64,000 bases of DNA from an uncultured Alphaproteobacteria bacterium (GCA_902569095.1 CACFSX010000002.1:40161-104160); one strand, 5' to 3'; counted from the first letter of the stretch, positions 53,036-63,496 are shown. Numbers and translations: made by a program. The notes: generated from the letters alone by a model not told the origin.

Positions 53036-54541
53036 ATGGTAGAAAATTTAGGACATATAGTCAACGGAAAATCAATTCATGATTCTGGATCTCCCATTGA
53101 AATTTTTGATCCTTCTAATGGGGAGGTTATTTCAACTATTTCAAATGCTTCTGAAAAAACAATTGAAAACACTTTGAACAATTCAATAGAAGCATTCAAT
53201 GAATGGAAAAACTATTCCATTGCTAAACGCTCCTCTATTTTATTTGAATACAAAGTCTTGCTAGAAAAAAATATACAGAAACTCGCGCAAATAATAAGTA
53301 AGGATTTAGGCAAAGTTCACGATGATGCGGTGGGTGAGATTAGAAGAGGTATTGAAAATGTTGAGTATGCCTGCGGTATAGGAGAAATTTTAAAGGGAGA
53401 ATTTAACAAAAATATTAGTACCTCCGTAGACTCATGGAGTGAATTTTCACCATTGGGACCCGTTCTAGGTATTACGCCATTTAACTTTCCTGCAATGGTT
53501 CCTCTTTGGATGTTTCCACTTGCGATTGCTGCTGGAAATTCTTTTATTTTAAAACCATCAGAAAAAGATCCACTTGGTTCTATGTTCATAGTTGAGCTAT
53601 TTAATCAAACTAAGGCTCCTAGTGGACTCCTAAATTTATTAAATGGAGACAAGAATGTAGTAAATAAGTTAATAAAAGATGATAGAATTAAAGCTGTAAG
53701 TTTTGTAGGTTCAACACCTGTTGCAAAGAATATTTATGAAACCTCTGCAATTTCAGGCAAAAGATGTCAAGCACTTGGTGGTGCTAAAAATCATGCTTTG
53801 ATCTTACCTGATGCCGATTTAGATTATACAACAGATCAGTTGATATCTGCTTCTTTTGGTTCGTCAGGTCAGCGTTGTATGGCTTTATCCGTTGCAGTAG
53901 TTTTTTCAGATATAAAGGATGAATTTATTCAAGACCTTGAAAGAAAAGTGCATAAATTAAAATTTGGCCTCGATGATCTTCATTCAAATAGTTTTGGTCC
54001 ATTAGTTTCAAAGGAGCATTTAGAATCGGTTAAAAATTATATAGACATGTCAGAAGAAGAGGGAGCTAGAGTTTTAGTTGATGGAAGAGATGTTCTAAAA
54101 AAAAAAAATTCTAACAATGGTTATTTTCTTGGTCCAACTATTATTGACAATGTAAGCTCTAATATGAAATCATACAAAAATGAAATATTTGGTCCAGTTC
54201 TTCAAATTATCGAAGTTAATAAATTGTCAGATGCAATTAAACTAATTAATAATAACAGATTTGGAAATGGATGTTGTATTTTTACTAGAAATGGAGAACA
54301 AGCAAGGACATTTTCTGAAAATGTAGAAATTGGTATGGTAGGTGTTAATATTCCACTGCCAGTTCCGACTTCATTTCATAGTTTTGGAGGGTGGAAGAGT
54401 TCTCTATTTGGTGATCTTAATATATATGGTCCAGATGGAGTTAGATTTTACACTCGAAGAAAAACAATTACTCAAAGATGGCCATCTACTGGATCGTCTA
54501 AAGGAGTAGATTTATCAATGCCTAATAATTTAAAACAATAA
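53036..54541 (+). CDS. mmsA: CoA-acylating methylmalonate/malonate-semialdehyde dehydrogenase
   Basis: ALDH fold with the MmsA-typical C-terminus GVNIPLPVPTSFHSFGGWKSSLFGD. Catalytic GQRCMA. Confidence 0.9.
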   Translation: MVENLGHIVNGKSIHDSGSPIEIFDPSNGEVISTISNASEKTIENTLNNSIEAFNEWKNYSIAKRSSILFEYKVLLEKNIQKLAQIISKDLGKVHDDAVGEIRRGIENVEYACGIGEILKGEFNKNISTSVDSWSEFSPLGPVLGITPFNFPAMVPLWMFPLAIAAGNSFILKPSEKDPLGSMFIVELFNQTKAPSGLLNLLNGDKNVVNKLIKDDRIKAVSFVGSTPVAKNIYETSAISGKRCQALGGAKNHALILPDADLDYTTDQLISASFGSSGQRCMALSVAVVFSDIKDEFIQDLERKVHKLKFGLDDLHSNSFGPLVSKEHLESVKNYIDMSEEEGARVLVDGRDVLKKKNSNNGYFLGPTIIDNVSSNMKSYKNEIFGPVLQIIEVNKLSDAIKLINNNRFGNGCCIFTRNGEQARTFSENVEIGMVGVNIPLPVPTSFHSFGGWKSSLFGDLNIYGPDGVRFYTRRKTITQRWPSTGSSKGVDLSMPNNLKQ

Positions 54542-54552
54542 AAGGAGTAAAA

Positions 54553-55434
54553 ATGAAAAAGTTATTGATGATACTTGCGATATTTTCGCTAAATTTTTTA
54601 GATAAAACTGCCCATGCTGATGGTCACGTTGAGAAAGTTTGGGAAACAGAAAAAATTTTTGAATTACCAGAATCTGTAATTTATGATGCAACAAATGATG
54701 TTCTTTATGTTTCTAATATTACGGACCATCCATTCAAAAAGGATGGCACTGGATACATTTCAAAAATGGGCCTTGATGGAACTGTCATAAAGAAAAAATG
54801 GATTGATAAACTTAATGCACCTAAAGGGCTGACAATAAGTAAAGATAAATTATATATCGCTGACGTTGACGAATTAGTAGAAGTAGACATTGCTACTGCT
54901 AAAGTTACAAACAAATATAAAGGATACGGTTCGGTATGTATGAATGACGTTACTCATGATAAGTATGGTAATGTTTATGTTGGGGATACATATAATGACA
55001 CTATTTACAGGTTGAATCAATTTGGACAACTTCCTGCATGGTTTTATAGTCCTGGATTAGCTCCTAATGGAATTCACATTGATGATGAAGAGGGTAATCT
55101 CATTGTTGGAAGTTGGGGAGCAGTTATGGAAGGCTGGGGAACACCAGAGCTTAAAGGAAGCTTGAAAAGTATAAATATTCATACTAAGCAAATGAAGAAT
55201 CTTGGTAAGAAACCTATTGGTAATTTAGACGGTATAGAGCCAGATGGTAAAGGTTCATACTTCGTTACTGATTGGACCGGTGCAAAGCTTTATAACATTA
55301 ACAAAAAGGGAAAATTTAAAGTGATAGCTGAAGTTGGTAAAGGTGCGGCTGATCATGAGGTCATTTTAGATAAGAATCTTATTATTATTCCAGTAATGGC
55401 TGAAGGAAAGGTTATTGCACTAAAAGTCAAATAA
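54553..55434 (+). CDS. Secreted protein, probable beta-propeller (SMP-30/gluconolactonase/LRE- or NHL-like)
   Basis: Signal peptide plus blade-like recurrences DVLYVSNI, DKLYIADV, GNVYVGDT, GNLIVGSW and GSYFVTDW. Confidence 0.45.
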   Translation: MKKLLMILAIFSLNFLDKTAHADGHVEKVWETEKIFELPESVIYDATNDVLYVSNITDHPFKKDGTGYISKMGLDGTVIKKKWIDKLNAPKGLTISKDKLYIADVDELVEVDIATAKVTNKYKGYGSVCMNDVTHDKYGNVYVGDTYNDTIYRLNQFGQLPAWFYSPGLAPNGIHIDDEEGNLIVGSWGAVMEGWGTPELKGSLKSINIHTKQMKNLGKKPIGNLDGIEPDGKGSYFVTDWTGAKLYNINKKGKFKVIAEVGKGAADHEVILDKNLIIIPVMAEGKVIALKVK

Positions 55435-55438
55435 GAAA

Positions 55439-56815
55439 ATGTCATCACAAAAACTTGTAATATTCAATAGTTTATCAAAGCCATTTGTTAAATTAGTTGA
55501 AAGATATTATCCAGATGCATTTATTTTTGTAATTGTTTTATCTGTGTTAACTTTTGTTTTGGCACTTGTTAACACAGATTCAACTGCCTTTGAAGTTCTA
55601 GAGGCGTGGGGTAACGGTCTTCCAAAGCTGTTTACTTTTACCGCTCAAATAACAATTATAATGATAACAGCGCATGCTCTTGCGCATACCAAGCCCGTTG
55701 AAAATATTTTATCGAAAATCGGCTCTTATCCTAATTCACAAATACAAGCTTATGCCCTTGTTACATTTGTTTCAGGCTTAGCAAGTTTATTTGCTTGGTC
55801 ATTTGGATTGATTGTCGGTGGTATTATTTCAAAATTTGTAGCCATCGGATGCACAAAAAAAAGAATAAGAATTCATTATCCACTATTAGTTGCATCTGCT
55901 TACTCTGGTTATGTGATTTGGCATATGGGGTATTCTTCTTCTGCGGCATTATTTGTATCCTCTAGTGGACACTCTTTAGAGGAACAAATAGGAATTCTCC
56001 CTGTCACAGAAACAATATTTACTAATTTTAATATAACGTTAGCATTAATAACTCTGACGATTATAACAATCGTAAATCCGTTAATGAGACCAACGAATAA
56101 AACAGAGATTAAAGAGATAGATCCAAACGTTTTTCGTTTTAGTAAAAGTAAAGACGACGAGCAAAATCTAAACCAAAACAATAGAACATTTGCACAAGTC
56201 ATTGAAAATAATAGATTAATAAGTTTATTTGTAGGTTTTGTCTTATTGTTTTTCATTTTTTATATTTTCTATCAAAAAGGATTTTCCTTAGATTTAAACC
56301 TTGTGAGTTGGACATTTTTAGGATTGGGACTTATTTTATCTAGTTCTTCAATTCATTATGTGAAATTGGTTAATAATGCTGCAATAACAGTTGGACCAAT
56401 TATTCTTCAATATCCGTTTTATGCAGGAATAATGGGTATGATGGCTGATACTGGTCTTATAAATGTTGTTGCATCAAAAATTTCTCAAGTTTCATCATCT
56501 GAAACCTTAGGTTTTTACTCCTTTTTGTCAGGGGGCTTAGTTAATATGTTTATTCCATCTGGTGGAGGGCAGTGGGCTGTTCAAGGACCGGTAATGATAG
56601 AAGCTGCAAGAAATTTAAATGTGGAGCCATATGTGGTGGTTCTTGGCGTGGCTTATGGCGATCAATGGACTAATATGATTCAACCTTTTTGGACGATTCC
56701 TCTTCTCGCAATAGCCGGTCTCCACATGAGACAAATTATGGGTTATACATTTGTAATATTTTTGATTACCGGGTTTTTGTACGGAGGTGGTATGCTTTAT
56801 TTAGGATCTGGATAG
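55439..56815 (+). CDS. atoE: Short-chain fatty acid transporter (AtoE family)
   Basis: Polytopic membrane protein with SGGGQWAVQGP and the family-typical length. Confidence 0.75.
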   Translation: MSSQKLVIFNSLSKPFVKLVERYYPDAFIFVIVLSVLTFVLALVNTDSTAFEVLEAWGNGLPKLFTFTAQITIIMITAHALAHTKPVENILSKIGSYPNSQIQAYALVTFVSGLASLFAWSFGLIVGGIISKFVAIGCTKKRIRIHYPLLVASAYSGYVIWHMGYSSSAALFVSSSGHSLEEQIGILPVTETIFTNFNITLALITLTIITIVNPLMRPTNKTEIKEIDPNVFRFSKSKDDEQNLNQNNRTFAQVIENNRLISLFVGFVLLFFIFYIFYQKGFSLDLNLVSWTFLGLGLILSSSSIHYVKLVNNAAITVGPIILQYPFYAGIMGMMADTGLINVVASKISQVSSSETLGFYSFLSGGLVNMFIPSGGGQWAVQGPVMIEAARNLNVEPYVVVLGVAYGDQWTNMIQPFWTIPLLAIAGLHMRQIMGYTFVIFLITGFLYGGGMLYLGSG

Positions 56816-56931
56816 TTAAATATTTTTAAAATCTAAAAAAAAACTTAGTATGCGGGATAAACTATATTCTAATAAAAGTCTAAATAAAAGACATACTTTC
56901 AGTCGTATAATATATATTATGTTAAATTATA

Positions 56932-57759
56932 TTAAGCTATACTTAATGCATGTTCTTTTATTAAATTTAAATCAACAGATGAACTAAATGCTATAAACGC
57001 TCCATTCTTAAAATTTTTCTTCCCATACAAAAATTCAAATATATCGTTCTTTTCTAAACTAATAAGTTTAGCATTAGCAGTTTGAAGTATAGAATGTCCT
57101 GCTGCAATATCCCATTCCATCGTTTTACCGAACCTAATGTATAGATTAGCTTTTGAATCAGCTATCATACAAAGTTTAAGAGACGAACCTTTTTTAATTA
57201 AATCATTTTCGTAATTAATTTTAGATAAAAATTCCTCTGTCTTTTTATCTAAATGTGATCTGCTGCAAACAATTGATAATTCGGATGATTTAGATGAATT
57301 AATTATTTGAACCTCATTTTGGCTTGATCTGAACGAATTATAACCATTTGAATAATATTGAGTTTTTTGAACAGGAACGTCAATAACTCCGACTTGTGGA
57401 CGATTTTGTTGGATAAGTGCAATATTTACTGTAAATTCACCGTTCTTATTTAAAAACTCTTTGGTACCATCTAAAGGGTCGATTAATATAAATTCATCAA
57501 AATCCGTACAATCAGGGATTTGAGTCTCCTCAGAAACCCTAGTGATTGATCTTAATTCTTTTTTAAGTATTTCAATTATTATTCTATTAGACTCAATATC
57601 CGCTTTTGTTAAAGGTGTGTTGTCCTTTTTAACTTTCTTGGTTAATTCATCGCATTCATATATTTCTAGAATCTTAGAAGCAGCTTTGTTAGAAGCAAAT
57701 CTAAATATTTCTGTTATTTCTGCAAAGTTGTGATTCTTTATTTTATTTTTTTTTGACAT
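56932..57759 (-). CDS. cysQ: 3'(2'),5'-bisphosphate nucleotidase (inositol monophosphatase family)
   Basis: IDPLDGTKEF and WDIAAGHSI motifs. Confidence 0.85.
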   Translation of the reverse strand: MSKKNKIKNHNFAEITEIFRFASNKAASKILEIYECDELTKKVKKDNTPLTKADIESNRIIIEILKKELRSITRVSEETQIPDCTDFDEFILIDPLDGTKEFLNKNGEFTVNIALIQQNRPQVGVIDVPVQKTQYYSNGYNSFRSSQNEVQIINSSKSSELSIVCSRSHLDKKTEEFLSKINYENDLIKKGSSLKLCMIADSKANLYIRFGKTMEWDIAAGHSILQTANAKLISLEKNDIFEFLYGKKNFKNGAFIAFSSSVDLNLIKEHALSIA

Positions 57760-58733
57760 TATATAACTTTTATCAAAGTCCTACCTCTTATTTCTCCCTT
57801 TAATATTTGATTAGATATATCATGTAAATCATTGAAACTTTTACTAATTTTAATTTTTTTTAAAACTCGTTTGTCTAAATATTTTTCTAAGAATTTCCAC
57901 GCATTTACTCTTTTTGTATAACTAGCATAAACACAATCAATTCCAGATAAAGTTATATTTCTTAATATAAACGGATAAACAGTCGTATTTAATGTTGCAC
58001 TCTTCGCTAAACCTGTACTAACTACAATTCCATCATACATTGTTTCAGCTAATATAGTAGATAAGATTTCTCCACCAACAGTATCGATAGCCCCCTGCCA
58101 CTTTTGTTTTGATAAAGGATTTTTTGAATAATTAAAACTATCTCTTCTAATGATATTTGTAGCACCCAATTTTATTAAGAATTTTTCATCTTTATTTGTT
58201 AAAGCAACAACTTTGTAGTTCAAATTAGCCAATAAATTTACTGCAATACAACCAACGCCTCCTGATGCACCTGTAACTAAAATATTATTAGTTGTTGGTT
58301 TTTTTATTTTTTTTATTAACTCTTGAACACACAATGCTGCGGTGTACCCTGCTGCGCCAATAATCATAACCTCTTGAAGTGAAAAATTATTTGGTAAATG
58401 AATTAACCAATCACTTTTGACTTGGGCATATTCTGAGAATCCGCCAAAATGTTTTTCTCCAATACCCCACCCATTACACAAAACTTTATCTCCTTTTTTG
58501 AATTTTTTCGAACTTGATTTCACAACTACACCTGAGAAATCTGCCCCTGGTATCATCGGAAATCTTTTAACAATTGGAGCTTTATTAAGAATTGCCAAAC
58601 CATCTTTATAATTAAAACTTGTGTAATGTATTTTAACTAATACGTTTCCTTCCATTAATTCAGAAAAATTCATATTTGTTATTTTAGAAGTTTTATCTTC
58701 ATAAATTACAAATGCTTTAAATGTATTTTTCAT
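57759..58733 (-). CDS. acuI: YhdH/AcuI-type MDR oxidoreductase (acrylyl-CoA reductase-like)
   Basis: MKNTFKAFVIYEDKT...VLVKIHYTSFNYKDGLAI and GASGGVG. Internal Met at 58733 preferred over 58808. Confidence 0.8.
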   Translation of the reverse strand: MKNTFKAFVIYEDKTSKITNMNFSELMEGNVLVKIHYTSFNYKDGLAILNKAPIVKRFPMIPGADFSGVVVKSSSKKFKKGDKVLCNGWGIGEKHFGGFSEYAQVKSDWLIHLPNNFSLQEVMIIGAAGYTAALCVQELIKKIKKPTTNNILVTGASGGVGCIAVNLLANLNYKVVALTNKDEKFLIKLGATNIIRRDSFNYSKNPLSKQKWQGAIDTVGGEILSTILAETMYDGIVVSTGLAKSATLNTTVYPFILRNITLSGIDCVYASYTKRVNAWKFLEKYLDKRVLKKIKISKSFNDLHDISNQILKGEIRGRTLIKVI

Positions 58734-58817
58734 GTTATAAATATTGATTTTTAATGGGATTAAATATTTTTTTGAAATTAGATTAACAAATATTTTAAAA
58801 AACACCATTTATAATGT

Positions 58818-58991
58818 ATGTCAAGACGAACCTATGAAAAAGATGCAGATTTTGTTGAAGTTGCAGATGATTTAGAAAATTTAGTTGCTGACAAAAGGAT
58901 AAGTTGGAGAGCATCAGCAACGAAAGCAAGAAGAAGACAAAGAAGGTATAAAAATAGACTTACTTATGAAATCTTAAAAATATCTAAGTAA
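58818..58991 (+). CDS. 57-aa basic small ORF
   Basis: MSRRTYEKDADFVEVADDLENLVADKRISWRASATKARRRQRRYKNRLTYEILKISK. Below the ORF-track cut-off. Weak support. Confidence 0.3.
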   Translation: MSRRTYEKDADFVEVADDLENLVADKRISWRASATKARRRQRRYKNRLTYEILKISK

Positions 58992-59007
58992 GATTCTTGT
59001 CTTTTAT

Positions 59008-59583
59008 CTAAACTGGTAAACCCTTGTAACACTGACCTTCGAAATGAAATATTTCTTTTGGTTTTAAAGATAATGATTCGAGAGTTTTCAAGGATAGCCT
59101 CCCTTTTTTGTTATATAACGGGACATTTTTTGTGTTGGCTTCAAGTTTATTTATAGCATTAAAAAATTTCGGATCATTAAAACTGTAAAATGATCTTTTT
59201 GTTTCACCTGTGATTTTGTTGATTGTATATGATTCTAAATAATAAGCTTGAGAGACAAATGTACTAATAGTTATTGTATCTTTAACTGTTTTATATTCAT
59301 CTAGCAGTATTCCTTGATGATTGAACCATGAATTTCTTAACCTATATTCATTTTCACTATTAGATAAACTGTATTGATTTACTTCAATAAAATCTTTACA
59401 ACCAAGGTTTTTACAAATTTGCTGATTATTAATCTTATCATTTTCAACAAATCCAATTTCATTTATCTCTTTTGTGATAAGGCTAGGATCAAATTCACAT
59501 GTAAGTTTTAAAACGTTCTTAGGATTTGTGTATGCATTGCTTGATGCGAACAAACAATATAAAAGGATGAGAAGCTTTTTCAT
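59008..59583 (-). CDS. Secreted hypothetical protein
   Basis: 191 aa with a signal peptide and several Cys. Confidence 0.5.
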   Translation of the reverse strand: MKKLLILLYCLFASSNAYTNPKNVLKLTCEFDPSLITKEINEIGFVENDKINNQQICKNLGCKDFIEVNQYSLSNSENEYRLRNSWFNHQGILLDEYKTVKDTITISTFVSQAYYLESYTINKITGETKRSFYSFNDPKFFNAINKLEANTKNVPLYNKKGRLSLKTLESLSLKPKEIFHFEGQCYKGLPV

Positions 59584-59783
59584 ACAATTTGTAAAATAGG
59601 CATATAAAAGTTGTTTACATTATCTGCAATTACCAAAAGTTGTGAGCTATCATCAGCAGTAAACTTTTCTTTTATTTCAGGAAATTTTTTTACAAAGAAC
59701 CATATGGTAAAAAAACATGACCAAAATATAATTAAAAATCGTCTTACAATTTTTGGTTTAACTTCAATTTTCATGAGACACAA
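59580..59783 (-). CDS. Small membrane protein, hypothetical
   Basis: 67-aa ORF overlapping the downstream gene by 4 nt. Confidence 0.35.
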   Translation of the reverse strand: MCLMKIEVKPKIVRRFLIIFWSCFFTIWFFVKKFPEIKEKFTADDSSQLLVIADNVNNFYMPILQIV

Positions 59784-60033
59784 TTACTTAATTAGATGTT
59801 ATATAAAATATTTATGACTGATTATAAATAATTCAATAATTTCTTGTGTGTTTTATTAAATTACTCAGTTTGAAAAAGAAACATAGTTGAAATCTTTTAG
59901 GTTTTGTAATATTTTCTTGTTTGAAAATGAGTTATATTATTATATCTATTTTGATGTAAAAATATTGGATTTTAGTGTTTAGTAGTGAACAATATTAAAA
60001 GCTCTATTATCTAAAAATCAAACTCAGATTAAC

Positions 60034-60123
60034 GGAGAGATGGCAGAGTGGTCGAATGCACCGGTCTTGAAAACCGGCAAGGATGCAAGTCCTTCCAGGG
60101 TTCGAATCCCTGTCTCTCCGCCA
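60034..60123 (+). tRNA. tRNA-Ser (UGA)
   Basis: 90 nt with a long variable arm. GGAGAGA...anticodon arm CCGGT-CTTGAAA-ACCGG...CAGGG-TTCGAAT-CCCTG-TCTCTCC-G-CCA. Confidence 0.9.
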
Positions 60124-60290
60124 CCAACCCTAACCCTATAATTTTGTGCTTCTACGGGCTTTAAATTGGCTTTTTATACCTAAACTTTATACCTAAAAGA
60201 TTAACCCCACCCCCATATATTTTTACCCGGGGGAGACTAGTATTAGACTAAAGGTAGTCTAGTGTTGATCTAATGCTAGTTCTATATATG

Positions 60291-60410
60291 TCTCGTATAA
60301 CTATAAATATCTCTTTATAACTATGATTATCTCTGTATAACTATGATTATCTCTTTATAACTATGATTGTCTCTATTTAACTATGATTAACTATAGTTAA
60401 CTATATATAG
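60291..60410. repeat. Tandem array: about five 20-bp units (TCTCTKTATAACTATGATTA) plus two 10-bp half units
   Basis: Units start near 60291, 60310, 60330, 60350 and 60370, then ttaactatag/ttaactatat. Non-coding, about 170-290 bp past the tRNA-Ser 3' end. Confidence 0.8.
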
Positions 60411-60571
60411 CGATTTTGTTCAATTTTAGATCCACCCTACTCGTGTTATCAATTATAGCAGATTAGGGCAAGACCCGCCAAAGAGGAAGTAAGTAATTAA
60501 AATTAAAGAGAAATTATATATGAATTATCAGTTTAGATATATGTATATAAGTAATTGATTTTATTTGTAAT

Positions 60572-61852
60572 TTATTTTTTTGAAGCCTCAATTGCTTGTT
60601 CAACATCATTAATAATATCATCTATATGCTCAATACCCACAGAGATCCTAATCAAGTCTTCGCTAACTCCTGCTAAAGCCTTTTGTTCAGAAGTTAATTG
60701 TCTGTGTAACGTTGACGCTGGATGACATGCAAGAGATTTTGCATCACCCATACTTAATACCCTTAAAATCATTTTAAGTGCATCAATGAACTTCGCACCT
60801 GAGTCTTTTCCACCTTTAATGCCAAAACTGATAATACCAGATGCTTGACCATTGGTAATTTTTTTACAAACATCATGATATTTATCGTTTGGTAGAGCAG
60901 CATAATTAACCCATTTCACACTTTCGTGACTATCTAGATACTTCGCTAATGCAAGTGCATTTTTGCAATGTCTTTCCATTCTCACACCCAATGATTCAAG
61001 TCCTAGCATTATTAAGTATGCATTATTAGGAGATAGACAAGCTCCTGTTTCTCTCAGTGGAACGACCCTACAACAACCAATAAAAGCAGCTGACCCAAAC
61101 TTTTCAGTATATTTAATTCCGTGATAAGAAGGATCTGGTTCATTTAGCATGGGAAATTTTTTTGGTTCTTTGGCCCAATCAAATTTCCCTGAGTCAACAA
61201 TGATTCCTCCGATAGTAGCACCATGGCCATCTATATATTTTGTTAAAGAGTGAATGACAATATCTGCTCCAAAATCAATAGGCCTACACAAGTATGGTGT
61301 TGCTACCGTATTATCAACAATTAATGGTATCCCATGTTTGTGAGCAATATCTGCAAATCTTTTGATATCGATAATATTACCAAAGGGATTACCAATTGAT
61401 TCGCAATATAAAGCTTTAGTTCTTTCATCAATTGCTTCATCAATTCCTTTATAATCATCTCCGTCAAACATTTTAACTTTAATACCTTGCTTTGGGAAAC
61501 TATGAGTGAAACAGTTATAAGTCCCACCATATAATTGATTTGTACTTACAATATTATCCCCAGCTCTTGTAATGGTTTGAATGGCATATGCTATTGCGGC
61601 CATTCCAGAAGCTAAAGATAAAGCTGCAATTCCACCTTCCATTTCCGCAATTCTTTTTTCAAGCACTGCATTGGTTGGGTTGCCTATTCTTGAATAAATA
61701 TTTCCCTCGACTTTGAGGTCAAATAAATCTGCTCCATGTTGTGTATTATCAATAGTAAATCCCGAGGTCTGGTAAATGGGTATTGTTGCTGACTTTTGGT
61801 CATTTTTTTCTGATTCATAACCATGATGAAGTGCAATTGATTCTAATTTCAT
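60572..61852 (-). CDS. metY: O-acetylhomoserine sulfhydrylase / aminocarboxypropyltransferase (PLP-dependent)
   Basis: Cys/Met-metabolism PLP family. PLP lysine context SLTKYIDGHG; N-terminus HHGYES...ATIPIYQTSGF. Confidence 0.9.
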   Translation of the reverse strand: MKLESIALHHGYESEKNDQKSATIPIYQTSGFTIDNTQHGADLFDLKVEGNIYSRIGNPTNAVLEKRIAEMEGGIAALSLASGMAAIAYAIQTITRAGDNIVSTNQLYGGTYNCFTHSFPKQGIKVKMFDGDDYKGIDEAIDERTKALYCESIGNPFGNIIDIKRFADIAHKHGIPLIVDNTVATPYLCRPIDFGADIVIHSLTKYIDGHGATIGGIIVDSGKFDWAKEPKKFPMLNEPDPSYHGIKYTEKFGSAAFIGCCRVVPLRETGACLSPNNAYLIMLGLESLGVRMERHCKNALALAKYLDSHESVKWVNYAALPNDKYHDVCKKITNGQASGIISFGIKGGKDSGAKFIDALKMILRVLSMGDAKSLACHPASTLHRQLTSEQKALAGVSEDLIRISVGIEHIDDIINDVEQAIEASKK

Positions 61853-61868
61853 ATTAATAATCCTTTAA

Positions 61869-63194
61869 TCATTTTGAAAAGTCTAATACTCCATCGTTTA
61901 TTTTTGTAAATTTAAAGCTTAAATATTCTATAATATAATTTTGATAGAACTTGTAAGTTCTGTTAGGAAATTGATCCATTGCTCGCAGAATATAATTTGC
62001 TTGAATTGATGGTTCTGTTTTTTCTCCAATATATTTTGGAGTGCAACTTAGTAATTTATTCTTCTTTATATATTTAATTGTTTTACAGATACGTTGGCTA
62101 ACTATTTCACATCTAGCTGTCCAACTGAAATTAATATATCCCGCATGTGCGAAGAGATTTGGTAATCCACTAAACATCATTCCTCTATACCAACTAGTAT
62201 CATTGATGTTTATTCGTTTATTTTCAATAAAGATATCAATGCCCCCTAATAATTGTGAATTGCCGCCGGTAGCCATAATTGTGATATCACTTTTAATAAC
62301 TTTTCCATTTTTTAACTTTACACCAGTTCTCTCCCAATTACTAATTCCTTGCCGAACTATAGTTACTTTTTTTGACTTTACAGCTGTAAAATAATCTTTA
62401 TCCAAACTACTTGCAGGACGCTGATCCCAATAATCATATGAAGGGGTGGTAGTCTCGTTATAATAAGTATTACCAGATATCATTTTTTTTCTTTGAAACT
62501 TTTTAAAAATCCTACTTGAAAAGTAATCCCATAAAACTTTAAATGTTTTACGAATTCGTGTTGATTTTTCTTTGCTATCGATATTTATAATCCATGCAGG
62601 ACTTCGCTGAACCAACGTAACCTTTTTTGCTTCTTTGATGATAGAGGGTGCCATTGTTATGGCGGTACATCCACTGCCAACAATGGTTACATTTTTGTCT
62701 TTAATGTCTGTGTTACCCCAAGCTTGAGTGTGTATAATTTTTCCTTGATATATTTTTTCATTTTTAAACTTCGGCAAATGTGGGTTTTTTCGATCTCTTG
62801 AACCGGTGCAACAAATAATGTATTGACTAACAAACTTTTTGAGATCAGTTTTTATAACCCATTTATTATCTTTCCAATTTAATGATCTGACCTCAGTGTC
62901 AAACAAAATGTTTTTTTTAATATTAAATTTATCTGTAACCTTATTTAAATAATTTTTTATTTCCTTCCCATTACCTATTATAGAACCTTTCCATGGATCA
63001 AAGGTGAATCCATAGGTATACATGTCGTTATCCGCACGAACACCAGGGAATCTCATTTGATCCCAAGTGCCACCTACACTACTTCTTGACTCTAATATTT
63101 TAAATCTAATATTCGGAAAGTTTTCTTGCAGATAGTAAGCAGATGCAATTCCAGCAATTCCAGCACCAATAATGACTATATCTATTTTTTCCAT
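61869..63194 (-). CDS. Flavin-dependent monooxygenase (FMO/BVMO-like)
   Basis: GAGIAGI dinucleotide fold, FxGxxxHxxxW-type motif YQGKIIHTQAW, and a second GSGCTA fold. Confidence 0.8.
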   Translation of the reverse strand: MEKIDIVIIGAGIAGIASAYYLQENFPNIRFKILESRSSVGGTWDQMRFPGVRADNDMYTYGFTFDPWKGSIIGNGKEIKNYLNKVTDKFNIKKNILFDTEVRSLNWKDNKWVIKTDLKKFVSQYIICCTGSRDRKNPHLPKFKNEKIYQGKIIHTQAWGNTDIKDKNVTIVGSGCTAITMAPSIIKEAKKVTLVQRSPAWIINIDSKEKSTRIRKTFKVLWDYFSSRIFKKFQRKKMISGNTYYNETTTPSYDYWDQRPASSLDKDYFTAVKSKKVTIVRQGISNWERTGVKLKNGKVIKSDITIMATGGNSQLLGGIDIFIENKRININDTSWYRGMMFSGLPNLFAHAGYINFSWTARCEIVSQRICKTIKYIKKNKLLSCTPKYIGEKTEPSIQANYILRAMDQFPNRTYKFYQNYIIEYLSFKFTKINDGVLDFSK

Positions 63195-63367
63195 CTATAC
63201 AAACAGTCTTCGCATATAGTTAAGTTGATTTGATATTTGAATAAGAACAAAATTTAAATTCATTATTAATTAAAAGAATATCCATTATTATATATGTAAA
63301 TATCTTATTATTTCAATTAAAATTGAATCTTATAAATTAAAGTTAACTTAAACTTTTTACTCTATTA

Positions 63368-63383
63368 CCTGTCTCTCCGCCAC
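63368..63383. repeat. 16-bp direct repeat of the tRNA-Ser 3' end
   Basis: cctgtctctccgccac is identical to 60109-60124. The flanking bases differ on both sides. Confidence 0.75.
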
Positions 63384-63496
63384 TACCTGAAAGCCCCTAA
63401 TTCCCTATTCTCTAGAGTCTTAATTTTGTAATTTTACCCCTAACTTTTACCTTTGAAAAATATTGTCTCTGGGGAAGGAAAAATACTCCGCCTTAT

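Noticed and set aside
60291-60410. Possible CRISPR array
   Set aside because: The 20-bp units are directly adjacent with no spacers, there are no cas genes, and the repeats degenerate into 10-bp half units.
63368-63383. 16-bp tRNA-Ser repeat as a chance match
   Set aside because: I considered this and set it aside. An exact GC-rich 16-mer is very unlikely to recur by chance in 64 kb of AT-rich sequence, and it corresponds precisely to the tRNA 3' terminus, the usual integration target. It is kept as a finding, with the caveat that no recombinase is present.
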